Assembly: GCF_018350175.1 (NCBI RefSeq)
Contig: NC_058369.1
Span: 2,916,001-2,980,000, forward strand
Direction of reading: 5' to 3'
Origin: Felis catus
Lineage: Eukaryota
DNA: 64,000 nt
Under the pieces are notes generated by a model. That model was given only the letters and a program-made list of their open reading frames with translations. It had not been told where the DNA came from and did not search any database. Shown here one piece after another: positions 13,119 to 25,412 of the stretch; position 1 is the first letter of the stretch, and each line of letters begins with the position of its first letter. Position numbers and translations under genes: made by a program.

Positions 13119-13609
13119 CCCCTGTCTTGTGAACCGTACCAAGTTCTTTTTGCCATGGCATGGGCCTCTCTGCGTCCTCACTCAGGCACCTCCATAGACT
13201 AAAATCCTACAAGCACAAATGAGACATTCCCTTCAAGCCAGATGGCAGCGAAGAGAGGCTGAGGCTTCTGCATGAGGACTGGGTTGGAGTCAGAGAGGTT
13301 TCAAGATTAGGAACTAGGAGGAGAGCCGCAGCCCGGGGGGATGGGCATGGCACCAGAGCCAGACCACCCGACTTCCAGTCCCGGCTCTGCTCACTGGGGC
13401 CTGGAGCAAGTCACTCACTCTCTCCTACCCTTGGTTTGCTAGCCTGTAAAATGGGAACACGCCCCTCTTGAGATGGCGGGACAATTAAATAGGAGCTCAT
13501 GTGCTATAGCACCGGGCACAGTCAGGGGCATAAAACGCATTCTGGGGTTGCCAGATCGGATTTTAACAAGACTAGAAATCAGGATTTTTGCAAACTCTCC
13601 CAATTTTTA

Positions 13610-13953
13610 TTTATTTCTATTTTCTTTAAGTTTTTATTTATTTAAGAAATCTCTACACCCAATGTGGGGCTCAAGCTCATGACCAGATCAAAAGTCACAT
13701 GTTTCTCTGACTGAGCCAGCCAGGTGCCCCAAAGTCTCCCAATTTTTAAATACAACCAGGGCACCTGGCTGGCTCAGTCAGTTAAATGGCTGACTCTTGA
13801 TTTTGGCTCGGGTCATGACCTCCCAGTTTGTGAGTTTGAGCCCCACACTGGGTTCCGCGCTGTTTGGGATTGTCTTTTGCCCCTTCCCCGCTCACGCTCG
13901 CTCGCTCGCTCTCTGTCAACAAATAAATAAACTTAAAAAATAAAAATAAAAAA
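13610..13953. mobile_element. Head-to-head CanSINE pair (short old copy on minus, longer copy on plus)
   Basis: The minus copy ends caggtgcccc at 13730; the plus copy starts at about 13758. Confidence 0.78.
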
Positions 13954-14791
13954 GAAGGAACGCTAGCAACCAATTCAAAGAAAGCAAGCAACGGGTCCAC
14001 CGCTCGGGTGGAAGAAAGCAGGCGTGAGAACAAACACGGTGCACAGGCAGCCACTTTTCAACCCCCGGTGGAGACCAAGGATCGGGAGTGGTGGTTGAGG
14101 AACAGGGACAAGAAGCCACAAATCTGCTCTTGGTGAAGCCTCCTCTCAAGCCAGGACAATAAACTCTGTGCCACTTCAGCTGGACGTCACCTGTCGTTCG
14201 AAGGAAGGGCGTGTCACTGCACTACACGGCTGAAGGCCACTGTCCCCACCACGAGGACGCCATAACAAGGGCCTGGTTGGTGCCATCTGCCCAGGAGGGA
14301 GAAGAGCAGAGGCTGGAAGCTGGGGGGCGAAGCGCTGGGCACCTGCTGGCACGGGAGAAGCAGTAAGTCCCGGCTGGCATCCTCGTCTGGGTCCTATCTC
14401 CTCGTGGTTTTTCGGTCTAAATGTTTGTTTTGGAGAGTTGGGATTTTTTTGAGGCGATCATCCAGATGAGATTTTAGAATGCAAGCCTGGCCAGACTCGT
14501 TGATACCATTTTGCCCAGTCACCTAACGGAAGGGGACACCGAGGGCTGGGGATGTAACGGATTTGTCTGAGGCGGCCAGGTTCCCTGAGCCAGGGCTCTC
14601 TCCTGTGGGACACGCTCTTGCTTGCTCCTGAAAGGCCAACCGTAAAAGACACACGGGACCTGGGGCGCAGACCTCGCTTCGGATTCAGAAGGGTGATCTG
14701 AGGAACCTACAGCAGGTAACGAAGGGTCGTCCTGAGGTTGTTGTACGAGTGATCTGTTATACACCACTTTCAATGGGTCATACTCAGTGGG

Positions 14792-14792
<1 letters not shown>

Positions 14793-14836
<44 letters not shown>
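14793..14836. repeat. (CA)n microsatellite, about 22 units
   Basis: Direct inspection. Confidence 0.95.
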
Positions 14837-14837
<1 letters not shown>

Positions 14838-15409
14838 AACCAGAAACATGCAGAACCTGAGGGAAAAAATCAAGTGGAATAAAAGATTTTCCTGCAGTCA
14901 CAGTGCTGAGAACCTTCACTCAGTACCCTCCTTTTAAATCCTCCCAAAACATAAGGTCTTTACCTATTTGTCGCCCCCCTCCTACCACTCCCCCAAGTGG
15001 CAAAAACTAAGCCCGACTGAGATTAAATCCGAGGGCCACGCAGCTGGAACTCTCAACGTCAAAGATCTCCCATCCTGTAGTGCCACAGAGAGAAAACTGG
15101 GCTCCGGCACCCTGACCTGGGTGCGGTTTTCCACGTGCATCTGTGACTTCTCGCGGGGTTGGATAACATTCAGAGTGAGACGGTGCATTGTGAACCCCGA
15201 CACCCAACGCTGGCTGATATGGTCATGAAAGACATTCATCAGGAAGGACATTTCCAAGTCTGTTTTATTGTCCGTAAGATCACACTCAATTACTTTACGC
15301 GTACACACATATGTGAACAGGGATGATTTCATTTGGCACCTTGGTTCGCGAGGTTTTTATATTCAAAACATGTAACACATTGTATACGTTCACACCCATA
15401 ACAATTCTG

Positions 15410-15782
15410 ATTTTTTTTTAAGATTTTGTATCTTCTTAACTTTTTTTTAATTTTTTTTTTAATGTTTATTTATTTTTGGGACAGAGAGAGACAGAGCATG
15501 AACGGGGGAGGGGCAGAGAGAAAGGGAGACACAGAATCGGACACAGGCTCCAGGCTCTGAGCCATCAGCCCAGAGCCCGACGCGGGGCTCGAACTCACGG
15601 ACCGCGAGATCGTGACGTGAGCCGAAGCCGGACGCTTAACCGACTGAGCCACCCAGGCGCCCCATCTTCTTAACTTTTTAAAAGTTTATTTAAGTAACTT
15701 CCACACCCAACACGGGGCTTGAACTCAAGACCCGGAGATTAAGAGTTGCATGCTCTACTGAATGAGCCTGCCAGGTGCCCCA
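15410..15782 (-). mobile_element. Nested CanSINEs: younger copy (about 15445-15663) inside the tail of an older short copy
   Basis: Inner TSD atcttcttaactttt; outer flanks ac(a/g)attctgattttt. Confidence 0.85.
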
Positions 15783-17158
15783 CGATTCTGATTTTTAGCA
15801 GATTTTTTTTTTTAATTATGAAAGCCTTATGTGCCTTCTCGATGTGAAATGTCCATTTCAGATCCAGATACCCCCGGAAAACATCTCACCGTCCTGGAAA
15901 GGGGTTTCATAAGCTAAATCCTTGGGCTCTTGAGAAGATGAGAGGATTTCATTCCCCAACCCCCAACTTCTTTAAACTGTGGTCAAGCGTCTCCGGCTCC
16001 AAATCAGGGCCAGCGTGGCTCCTCAAGGCAGGGCCACTGGGCTGCTCAACGTTCCTGAGGCAGGGACTCCAGGGACCGGTGACAGGAGCTTCCCCAGCCT
16101 CCAGGGTGAGCTGGATTCTGTGCCTGGCAGTGCAGCTCCCGGAATTCACTTCCATCCCTTCTGCAAAGGAACATAGTCCCCACGTGGAGGGTGGCTGTGT
16201 GGTTAGCTCTTCAGTCAGGTGCTCAAGAACGCCATCCTGACGATACTCTGCTGGGTCCTCCCAGAAGCAGCGCAAGTGAAACAAAGTCCAACCAGGGTTC
16301 AGATGGCCACACCACTCTACTGCTGGGGGCCACAGTGACGAAAGGCCAATGTTTGGGGACTGGCCAGGGGTCATCTGTGGCTCCAGCCCTCTCTTGCTGT
16401 GGAAGAACCTGCACGGCCACGTCTACACTGGTCCGACCCATGCACCCCGTGTCAACAGGGGGAGGCAGGACTAGACAGCCAATCTGACGTCCTCCTGGGC
16501 AAGTACAACAGACATCCACCTACCAACCCTGGATTCAAGCAATGTCTCAATGACATTTACGTTGAGAAGAAGCCACTGGCTTCTTAAAAACATTCACTGT
16601 GAGGCTCTTAGATGTGATGGCTCATTTTGCTTCCAGAGAGCAAAACTCAGCGAGGAGTTAACCTGTCGCCAGAACGGAGTTTCCAAAATACAAAATGCTA
16701 CAGAATCAAAGCAGAACAATTCTCGATTCTTAACAAACAAATAAGTGACCCGGGATACGCTAATTTACAAAAGCATATGGATAGTGAGTGCCGCAAACGC
16801 AGTTTACCTTTGGAGGGGAAAATGCCCATAGCAAAATACCTACCCCCCCCCCAAAAAAGTCCCATTTCCCCAAATATTTACAAATGAAGTTTCCAGCTAA
16901 AAGATATCCAGCAACCTTAAAATTATCATATGACACAAGTATCGTCAGAAAAAGAGAAGGCGGAGAAATTCAGTTCCCCGCTGGTGGCAGACACGCTTGT
17001 AGAAGGGACATAACTAGGGAGCAGTTACCAACCCACTGGACCGTGGGTGGTGCCAAACCTCTTCCTACCAAGATTCTAAAGAATATTCCACAAGTAAACA
17101 GCACGCTCCCGATTTACAGTGTCACCGACACAGAAAAGACACGCAAAAAGCGTAAAAG

Positions 17159-17363
17159 AGGAGGCCTGGGCGGCTCAGTCGGTTGAGCATCTGACTCTTG
17201 ATTCGGCTCAGGTCACGATCTCGCGGTTCCTGAGTCTGAGCCCCTCATCGGGCTCTGTGCTGACAGTGTGGAGCCTGCTTGGGATTCTCTCTCTCCGTCC
17301 CTCTCTCTGTCCCTCCCCTGTTCATGCGCTCTCTCAAAATAAATAAACGTAAAAAAGAAAAAA
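17159..17363 (+). mobile_element. CanSINE
   Basis: Head, (CT)n tract and aaaataaataaa tail. Confidence 0.87.
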
Positions 17364-19524
17364 CGATTCTCCCTCCCTCTGCCCCTCCCCTGCACACGCA
17401 CGCGCTCTCTGAACGACAACAGACGTCCAAGTACCTCTTTCAGCAGGTCCCTACCGTGTATCTCAGCCTCACCGAGATGGGCCTTTAAAAAGGCGACAGT
17501 AACCACATCTGACAGGAAGGTCCACCTGCCGTGCTGTTCCAGGGCCCATCAAGCCCACCTGGGAGTAACTAGAAGGTGCTGCTCAAGTGAAGACTTTTGT
17601 CAGGACCGCTCCAAACTGGGCTGGAGGCCCTCCCCTCCCCGGGCCCCACTCCCCCGATGTCTAACGCAGCCCTGCTTCTGGACACGGTGGCAGGAGTCCC
17701 ACTGGCCCCTGAGGCAGCGACGCCAGAGTCTCCCTGGCAGCCTGTGCCCCTTGGACCCAAGCTCAGGAGACAGGTGGTGGGTCAGGTTTACTCTGGAGCG
17801 TGTGGAGACCCACGAGGGGCAGAGGGGCAGACGACGGAGGCAGGCCGGACATGCACATGACAGAGACTGCTCCGAATCTGGCTGCGGCCACACCGGACGG
17901 AGCAAGGGGCTCCGGAGCGGGCGCGACCTTCCGTCTGCCGGCACTGGGGCTGCCTGCGCGGCTCTCCACGGTTGGCGTGGGCTCCGCTGCCTTTCCCAAG
18001 CCACGTGTTGCCTCTGGGAGAGATTTTGGAGAGAAACAGGTTGGGGTGTCGTTGCCATCCTGGTGGCACCAGGCCAGACACTCCCTCGGCTTCCACGTTC
18101 CGGGGACGGTAGTTTTTTAAGATCCGAAGAATCTGGCCCCACACCGCAATCTGACGGGGACCCAAACGAGGGGGACAGGATCCAGGCCAGCGAGCGTAAA
18201 GAATGGCAGTAACCTGGTCTCTGCCGGCAGGTCTCACCGCGAGGCTGGGCTCTGCCACCACAATCACTCCGGGGTTCAGCACACCCCACCGTGGGGCCAA
18301 GGCACGGCCTGGGAGCCAGGCAGCCTGCATCCCTAGCTGGACCCCACCACTTACCACCACGGGGACCCCACACCAGTCAGTGCGCCCGGAGCCTCATTGT
18401 CCTCATCCACAACACAGCCGCCGTAGTAACTAGCTCAAAGGATTTCTGCGAGGATCCCCTGAGCAATCAAGCGCCTGGACTTACAGGATTCAAGAGCTGA
18501 TAACCAGCATTTTTATCATCACTAACCGGCCTGGATGGGGGCCCACCCATCAAACATGCTGCATTCCAGATGAAGGAATCCGGCCGATTAAAATGTACAC
18601 CGCAAGCTTCTCTTGGTGAGAAACCAAGCTTTACCCCAAATCCAGCAGCCGTCTTATTTAGACTTAACGAGAACGGGAAGGCAGAGGTAGCCGGCGTACT
18701 GCACAGGTGGGACGTTCACAAAGCCGCTGAACGAAGAGGGAAATGTGACAACGGAGGTGTTGTTACAGCCTGTCCCGTTCCACTGGGATGGACCGCCAGC
18801 ATACAGCTCGGAGTTCTAGACGTTTCCACCAGCCAAGTGATTTAAAGCCACGCAGAACTTAGCTGGAGTTCTTGAACGGCTCGCACTGAAAGCTGCACTC
18901 GGGGCTAATGAAAAGCACTGCCAAACTCAATTTTCCACGTGGGATTAATCCTTCACTGTGGGTCTCTGCGGCTCTAACTCTAACAAAACCTTAGAAGATT
19001 TAAAAGACCACATAATATCCAATCAACGGAAATCATCATATCAACAGGTAACTTGAGTTTTTCGTATACCTTCAAAAGTGAACGTGCGTCCAATTCCTAC
19101 TGACCACCAATTCAAAAAGTTCAGATCCCAACCCTAAGAACGGACGACATAAGGAATATTCCCACCCGGGGGCTATGGTTATCAAGTTTAAAAGGCAAGA
19201 AAACTTACCCAAAACTCCTCTAAAAACTGTGGTCTTCACTTTGGCAATTTGTAAAAAGGGCTTCGTAAATTCTGTCGTCCAAAAGCTACCGTAAAGTTGG
19301 CAGGCACTCCCAATATCTAATTAGTTTATCCGTGGCACATTACCTAAGAAATACATACTCTAAAAGCAGCTGAAGGGTCTGAACAAAAGCCATTTGCCCC
19401 AAAAGAAAATGTGTAGTTAACTTGAAGTCATTCAGATAACGCAGGTGGTCTCTTTTCAAGATTTTGTGAGACTGGAATTTCTTTCATTATGATCCCCACG
19501 TTTCAGTTTGTTAAATTTACACTC

Positions 19525-20400
19525 TTTTTTCTAATAATTTATTTTTGTAAGCAATCTCTATTTCCAACGGGAGGCTCAACCCTGAGATCAAGAATCATAT
19601 GCTCCACCCACTGAGCCAGCCAGGCGCCCCTACTCTTTTCTTAAATTTTTTTTTTAACGTTTATTTATTTTTGAGACAGAGAGAGACAGAGCATGAACGG
19701 GGGAGGGGCAGAGAGAGAGGGAGACACAGAACCGGAAACAGGCTCCAGGCTCTGAGCCATCAGCCCAGAGCCGGAGGCGGGGTTTCGAACTCACGGACTG
19801 CGAGATCGTGACCTGAGCTGAAGTCGGACGCTTAACCGACTGTGCCACCCAGGCGCCCCTCTTTTTAATGTTTATTTATTTTTTCTTTTTTTTAAACATT
19901 TTGCTTTTTTTTAAATTTTTTTTTTAACGTTTATTTATTTTTGAGACAGAGAGAGACAGAACATGAACAGGGGAGGGTCAGAGAGGGAGAGGGAGACACA
20001 GAATCCAAAACAGGCTCCAGGCTCTGAGCTGTCAGCCCAGAGCCCGACGCGGGGCTCGAACTCACGGACCGCGAGATCGTGACCTGGCTGAAGTCGGACG
20101 CTTAACCGACTGCGCCACCCAGGCGCCCCATCTTTTCTTAAAGAGTAACATATTTGGGGCACCTGGGTGGCTCCGTTGGTTGAGCGTCAGACGTCGGCTC
20201 AGGTCATGACCTCACAGTTTGTGGGTTCGAGCCCCGCGTCAGGCTCTGGGCTGATGGCTCAGAGCCTGGAGCCTGTTTCCGATTCTGTGTCTCCCTCTCT
20301 CTCTGACCCTCTCCCATTCATGCTCTGTCTCTCTCTGTCCCAAAAATAAATAAACGTTAAAAAAAAAATTTTTTTTAATAAAAAGTAAAAAAAAAATAAA
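19525..20400. mobile_element. Cluster of four CanSINEs: three on minus (to 19630, 19859, 20129) and one on plus (20156-20400)
   Basis: Repeated ...ccacccaggcgcccc heads on minus followed by a ggggcacctgggtggc head on plus. Confidence 0.9.
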
Positions 20401-21649
20401 TGACAAACATCTGCTGAAGCCTGGCAATTACCAATTTTAACCACGTAAATAGCCCATTTCTCCTCTGGAAGGTAAAGTCAACAGAAAACGTAACATTCAA
20501 GGGACTTCCCACTCGTGACCCAGGGACGCACTGGAGAAAGAAACAGGAACGAGCGAGGAAGAAAAGAAAGGAGTCGCTGGCCAGCAGGCAGAGGGTGATG
20601 CCCTTGCAAAAGCGGGCGCCTCCAGCAGCCTGGGGGGGCCAGTGGAGTCCTGCCCATGGGTGACGGAAGCAAGGACGGACGGACCGAAATGAGACTCGGC
20701 TGCAGGAAACAGCGTGCATCCCCGCGCCGGCAGGACATCCACGACTGGCCACCCCACACCCCACAAGTCGCTCCCAGGGCGGAAGACACGGGGAGCACGC
20801 CCACCCTTATTTCCGCAGCCCTCGTTCCCAAGCCCGGCGCTGTTTCCGTGTGATCCCAGAGGAAAGAACGCAGCAGCGTCGCGACGACGGGGTTGGGGGG
20901 TCGGCCCTAACCGTCCACCCCTCTGCTTTCAACCAGCCGAAACCGAACGCTGCAGCAAGGCCCCCAGTGCAGCGCACACGGGTCTCTGGGGGGCCTAGGG
21001 GGCGGTGTGCACCCTCGCTTCCTCGGGATCTGGGAGAAACTGGCCCAGGAGCTTCAGCAGGCCGAGAGCGGAAGCCGACACAATGAAAAGGATGGGCTGG
21101 GGGGGGGGGGGGGGCAGCCCCGGGTCTCGGGTCTCGGGTCGCGAGTGTCAGGCTGAGGCACGAGACGGCAGAGATGCTGCAAGGAAAGGCCTTGGAGAAG
21201 GGCGTGCGGAGCATACGTGTACACTTGGGGTACAGCACACCCCACGCGCTTCGACCTGCAGATCCCGCCTTCCCTGGGCTGCTTCCTATCCCTGCCCCCC
21301 CGCCTCTCTTGGCTCCTCCCCCCCAGCCCCCCAATCCGTGGGTGTCTGTACTTTACCAGACCGTAAATACGCAAACACCTACTCCACGGATTTTTTTTAA
21401 GGTCTCGGGATCCTCTACCCCCCCCCCTTACTGTTCCCCTCCCCGGGAAGCCCCTCGTCCCCACCCTTCTATTGGGTCTCAGGACTGCCCCCAAGTCTGC
21501 CCCCCCCCCAAATCTCCCCTGACCCAATCAGGCCTCAACCCCCTCGCCAATGTCTCCGCCCCTCCCTCCGGTCACCCCTCCCCCGTCAGGGGTCAGTACC
21601 CCCAAACCCCACCCCCCCTGCCCCTCCAGGTGCCCTCCCGGGTCTGTTC

Positions 21650-22450
21650 GCTCGTAAATCAAGTCTCCACGTCCACTCCCGACTCCTCCGCCAAGGTCCC
21701 CGCTCCACCCCCTGCCCGGCTCCGCGCCCGCAAGGCGCATCAGTTCCCGCCCCCCCGCCCCCTCCCCCGCAGCCCTCAGGACCCTCCCCGGCCTCCGTCC
21801 CGGTCCCCGTCCCGGTCCCCAGGGGTCCAGCTCTGCCCCCTGCCACGCCCGGACGGGTCCCCTCCCCGCCCGGGCTTCTCTGCCGGCCTCAGGGCCCGCT
21901 GCCCTCCCCACGTCAGGCCCGGCGCGGTGTCCGTGCCCCGACTGGCCCGCCGCTCTCCCCTGACAGACACGGGTCCGCGGCTGCGCGGCCATCTCAGCTG
22001 GCGCAGGCCTCCCCGCCCGTGTCCCGCCTGGCTGCGGTCGGCGCGCGGCTTCCCCGGGGCCGGAGTCGGGCCGGCGGCGCGGGCGGCGCGGGGGCCCGTT
22101 ACCTGTACGGAGGGCCGGCGCCGCGCGCGAAACCGGAGCAGTCACTCGCCGCCATCTTCGCGTCTCTGGGGCGCGCGAGCCGCCCCGAGGCGCGAGGGGA
22201 GGAGCCGCCGGCGGTGACGTCCCTGGGCCCCGCCCCCAGGCCGCGTGCCGCTCGCGCGCCGCCACGCGCCCCAGGCCCCGCCCCCCCGCGCGAAGCTCGC
22301 GCCGCCTCGCTTCCCGTTGCGTCCCATTGCGTCCGCGGGCTGTCTCCGCCTCCAGCCCCGCCCCTTCCCGGGGCCCCGCCTTCCCTCCGGCAGCTCAGCT
22401 TCCGGGGACTCTGCCTCCAGCCCCGCCTCTTCCCGGAGCCCTGCCCTCCT
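21650..22450 (-). promoter_or_regulatory. ZFR2 CpG-island promoter
   Basis: Very high GC and CpG density with GC boxes. YY1-type AAGATGGCGGC over the ATG (22148-22158), CRE-like TGACGTC (22215-22221), MYB-type YAACGG at 22096-22101 and 22314-22319. Boundaries approximate. Confidence 0.8.
22103..22155 (-). CDS. ZFR2: ZFR2 coding exon 1 (53 nt coding; start codon)
   Basis: AAGATGGCG start in strong Kozak context inside a CpG island. Encodes MAASDCSGFARGAGPPY+AG, donor AG|GTAAC. Phase 2 matches exon 2. Confidence 0.88.
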
Positions 22451-23014
22451 TTCAGCCCTTCTTCCGCTTTGGGGGTCCCTGCCTGGCACCCCAAGACCCG
22501 CCCTGAACGCGAGCCTGAAGTGCCTTATACTTTGTGTCCCACTGGGGTGAGTTTGGGAGTTCCGCTGACCGCTCTGGCTGGGGTACATGTGGCCCTATGG
22601 ATACAGCCAAGTCCTGCTTGTCCTTCGGGACCCGCTGGTGGGCAGCCTTTCGTGGGACCTTAAAATTTGGTGACCCTAAACTAGTGGTTCCCGACCAGAG
22701 GGGTTTGCCCCCAGGGGACACTGGACGGTGTCTAGGGACATCTGTGATTGTCACACTGGGGGGCTCCTGGCATCGAGTGGGTGGGGGCCAGGGATGCTGC
22801 TCAGCCTCCACATCGCCCCGAACGCCCCACACGGAACGACCTGGATCCAAAGTCACCAGTGCCCAGGCTGAGAAACCCTATTCTAAGTGGAAGTCATTTT
22901 GAGAGAGATTTCTTGGCCAAGCCTGGCCACCTTGGGGGACGCAACAGTGAACAAAACTCCTTGGTGCCCGTCCTCTGCAGCCCTTACAAACTATGAACTA
23001 CAGTTAGGGTGCTT

Positions 23015-23690
23015 TTTTGGTTAATAACAGCTTTACCGAGATAGAATTCACGTACCCATTTAAAGTGTGCTGCTCAATGGTTTTTAGTACATGTACGCGA
23101 TTGCGTGACCATCGCCACTGTGTAATTCCAGAACATTTTCATCACCCCAAGTAGAAACCCTGTCTCCATCAACAGGCACTTCTCAATCTCCCAGCTGCTG
23201 GCAACCACCAGTTTGCTTTTTGTCTCTACAGGTTTACCTGTTCTGTGCATTTTGTATGATGGAGCACTACTTAGCAACAAAAAGGAATAAACTCCTGATG
23301 CACACAACTTGGATGAAGCTGTAGAGAATTATAGGAAAAGCCAATGCAAAAGGGTTCCATGTTTTACACACTCATGATTCCATTCAAAACTCTTAAACCA
23401 TCAAAGTTACAGAAATGGAGAACATATTTGTGATGTCTAGGGTTAAAGAAATGGCAGGGGAGGATACGGGCATTATAGAAGGAACCTCTATAGAAGGACA
23501 ACAGGAGGTATCCTGTGGTGAGAAAATGTCCTGGATCTCAACTGTATGGAAAGCAATAGTGATATTGTACCATACTTGTGTAAGATTTTACCGTTGGGTA
23601 AATTGGGGGAACGGGTACACAGGATCTTTCTGTTATTTCTTAGTGCATGTGAATCTACAATTATTTCAATATTTTAAAAATTAATTAGAA
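23015..23690. mobile_element. Old L1M 3'-end fragments in both orientations
   Basis: Degenerate motifs (cagctttaccgagatagaattcacgtacc; aaaggaataaactcctgatgcacacaacttggatg). Confidence 0.55.
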
Positions 23691-24143
23691 AAATACATTC
23701 ACCAACTCTGGTGGGATGGGGTTCCTTTCCTCCTTTCTATGAAGCAGGCGCAGGGCTAGTTAATTCTTGGACAGAAACCATGGCAAGCCCAGGGTGCCGA
23801 GGAAAGCCGTATGGTGATTTAGTGGATGGCATTCTTCCCTTCGTGTCTTCATGACCATGTGTGGCCACCAGAAACAATCTACAGGGTCTGGCAAAAGCAG
23901 CCCTCCCACCATGCCCTGGCTAACGCTCAGAGTGGTAATTACACACCGCTTTCCTCCAATTCCCTGCAGCTCTAGCTAGGTAACAAAGGCTACGTGCTTT
24001 ATACAAAAGCAGGTCTGTTTCAATGTTTTCGCTGGGTTACATAATATCTTTTTTTCCCTCCTGTTATTTACTACAAGCATTGTGTTCAATGCTTTTTGCA
24101 TGCACAATCTTATCTATCCCTACATAGCCTTCAGAAGTAGATA

Positions 24144-24780
24144 GAGTTGATTCTCATTATTGGCAGCAGCCTTGTCCTATAAAGTGGCCCCAAGCCCTAG
24201 AATAGGGAATCCCAAAGCCCCACTCCTGGGGAGACACTTGAGTGGGTTCCTGCAAGCCTCTGCTCACACTATTTTTCATCAACGGATCAAAAACATAACC
24301 TTGTGTTCTGTGTGCTTCTGTCCAAAGGCATCTTATTTAATATACGTTACTGATCACGAACAGCCAACAGCACTGTAACTCATGCCCGACTGAAGCTTAA
24401 CTAACACTCTTATTTTCACCGCAAGGTGCATCCTGACCTTCTTGTGCTTGGAAACGCTAGACAGCCCTTCAGGACCGTGCACGGGGGCCACTATAAACAG
24501 CAAAACCACCAACGTAAAGCACAAAAATCATGGTGCTAAATGAATCCCGAAATGGGCAGTTTACAATCTGGGCTGGAATCAGAAGGCAAAATGGTGCCTT
24601 GTTCGAACTCACCCGGGAACATGTACAACCAGCACTCAAATTTCTCATCGCACTTCCTTGTCTGCAAATGACCCTGAAGGCACCATGAGTATTGATTTGA
24701 GTCTTACAAATGTTGCCACTAAACTTCAGCCAGTAGGCAAATTCACAAATACGGAAACAACTAATAATGAGGATTGAATG
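24144..24780. mobile_element. TcMar-Tigger-type DNA transposon (MER82-like), near full length
   Basis: Imperfect terminal inverted repeats (gagttgattctcattatt ... aataatgaggattgaatg) with TA at the left flank. Family assigned from recall. Confidence 0.65.
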
Positions 24781-24844
24781 TCCGTGATTAATCAATCCCC
24801 TTTGCAAATCAGGAAAATGACACTCAAGGAGCGTTAGCAATTTT

Positions 24845-25071
24845 TTTAACATGTTTTAATTTTTTTTTTACATTTTTATTTATTTTTGAGAGACAGAGAC
24901 AGAGCACAAGTGGGGGAGGAACAGAGAGAGAGGGAGACACAGAATCCGAAGCAGGCTCCAGGCTCCGAGCTGTCAGCACAGAACCCAGCGTGGGGCTTGA
25001 GCCCACAAACCATGAGATCATGACCTGAGCCGAAGTCAGACGCTTAACTGACTGAGCCACCCAGGCACCCC
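24845..25071 (-). mobile_element. CanSINE with TSD
   Basis: TSD ggagcgttagcaattt on both flanks. Confidence 0.92.
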
Positions 25072-25127
25072 GGAGCGTTAGCAATTTCATTGCCTCGATT
25101 CAGTATAATGGCATGTGACTACGTTTC

Positions 25128-25350
25128 GGGAGTTATCCTCACCCCACACTGGTGATGTTTAGGGCCAGGTAATTCTCTGTCGTGGGGAGTTGTCATGTGC
25201 CTTGTAGGGTGCTGAACAGGATCTCTGGTCTCACACACTCAATGTCAGTACCGTCTCCATCCCCCAAGTCATGAAAACCAAAAATGTTCCCAGACATCAC
25301 CAAACCTCCCATGGGGGACAGAATCCCCGCCCTCCCGTGAGAACCACTGG
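25128..25350. mobile_element. MER20-like hAT-Charlie element
   Basis: ggccaggtaattctctgtcgtgggg...aaaaatgttcccagacat...gagaaccactg. Confidence 0.7.
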
Positions 25351-25412
25351 CTAGGGATCTGAGAGATAGCAGTGACAAAGTGCAACATCTCTGATCTCAA
25401 AAAGTTTACCTT

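Noticed and set aside
11965..13156. L1 ORF2-like ORFs as a functional gene
   Set aside because: Fragmented across frames, 5'-truncated and interrupted by a microsatellite.
14390..14965. Further minus-strand acceptor- and donor-like sites in ZFR2 intron 1 (14523, 14707, 14857, 14963)
   Set aside because: I could not assemble them into a coherent frame-preserving exon with recognisable homology.
21174..22663. Long ORFs (347, 245 and 214 aa) over the ZFR2 CpG island
   Set aside because: Stop-poor frames are expected at this GC content; the sequences are Pro/Arg/Gly low complexity.
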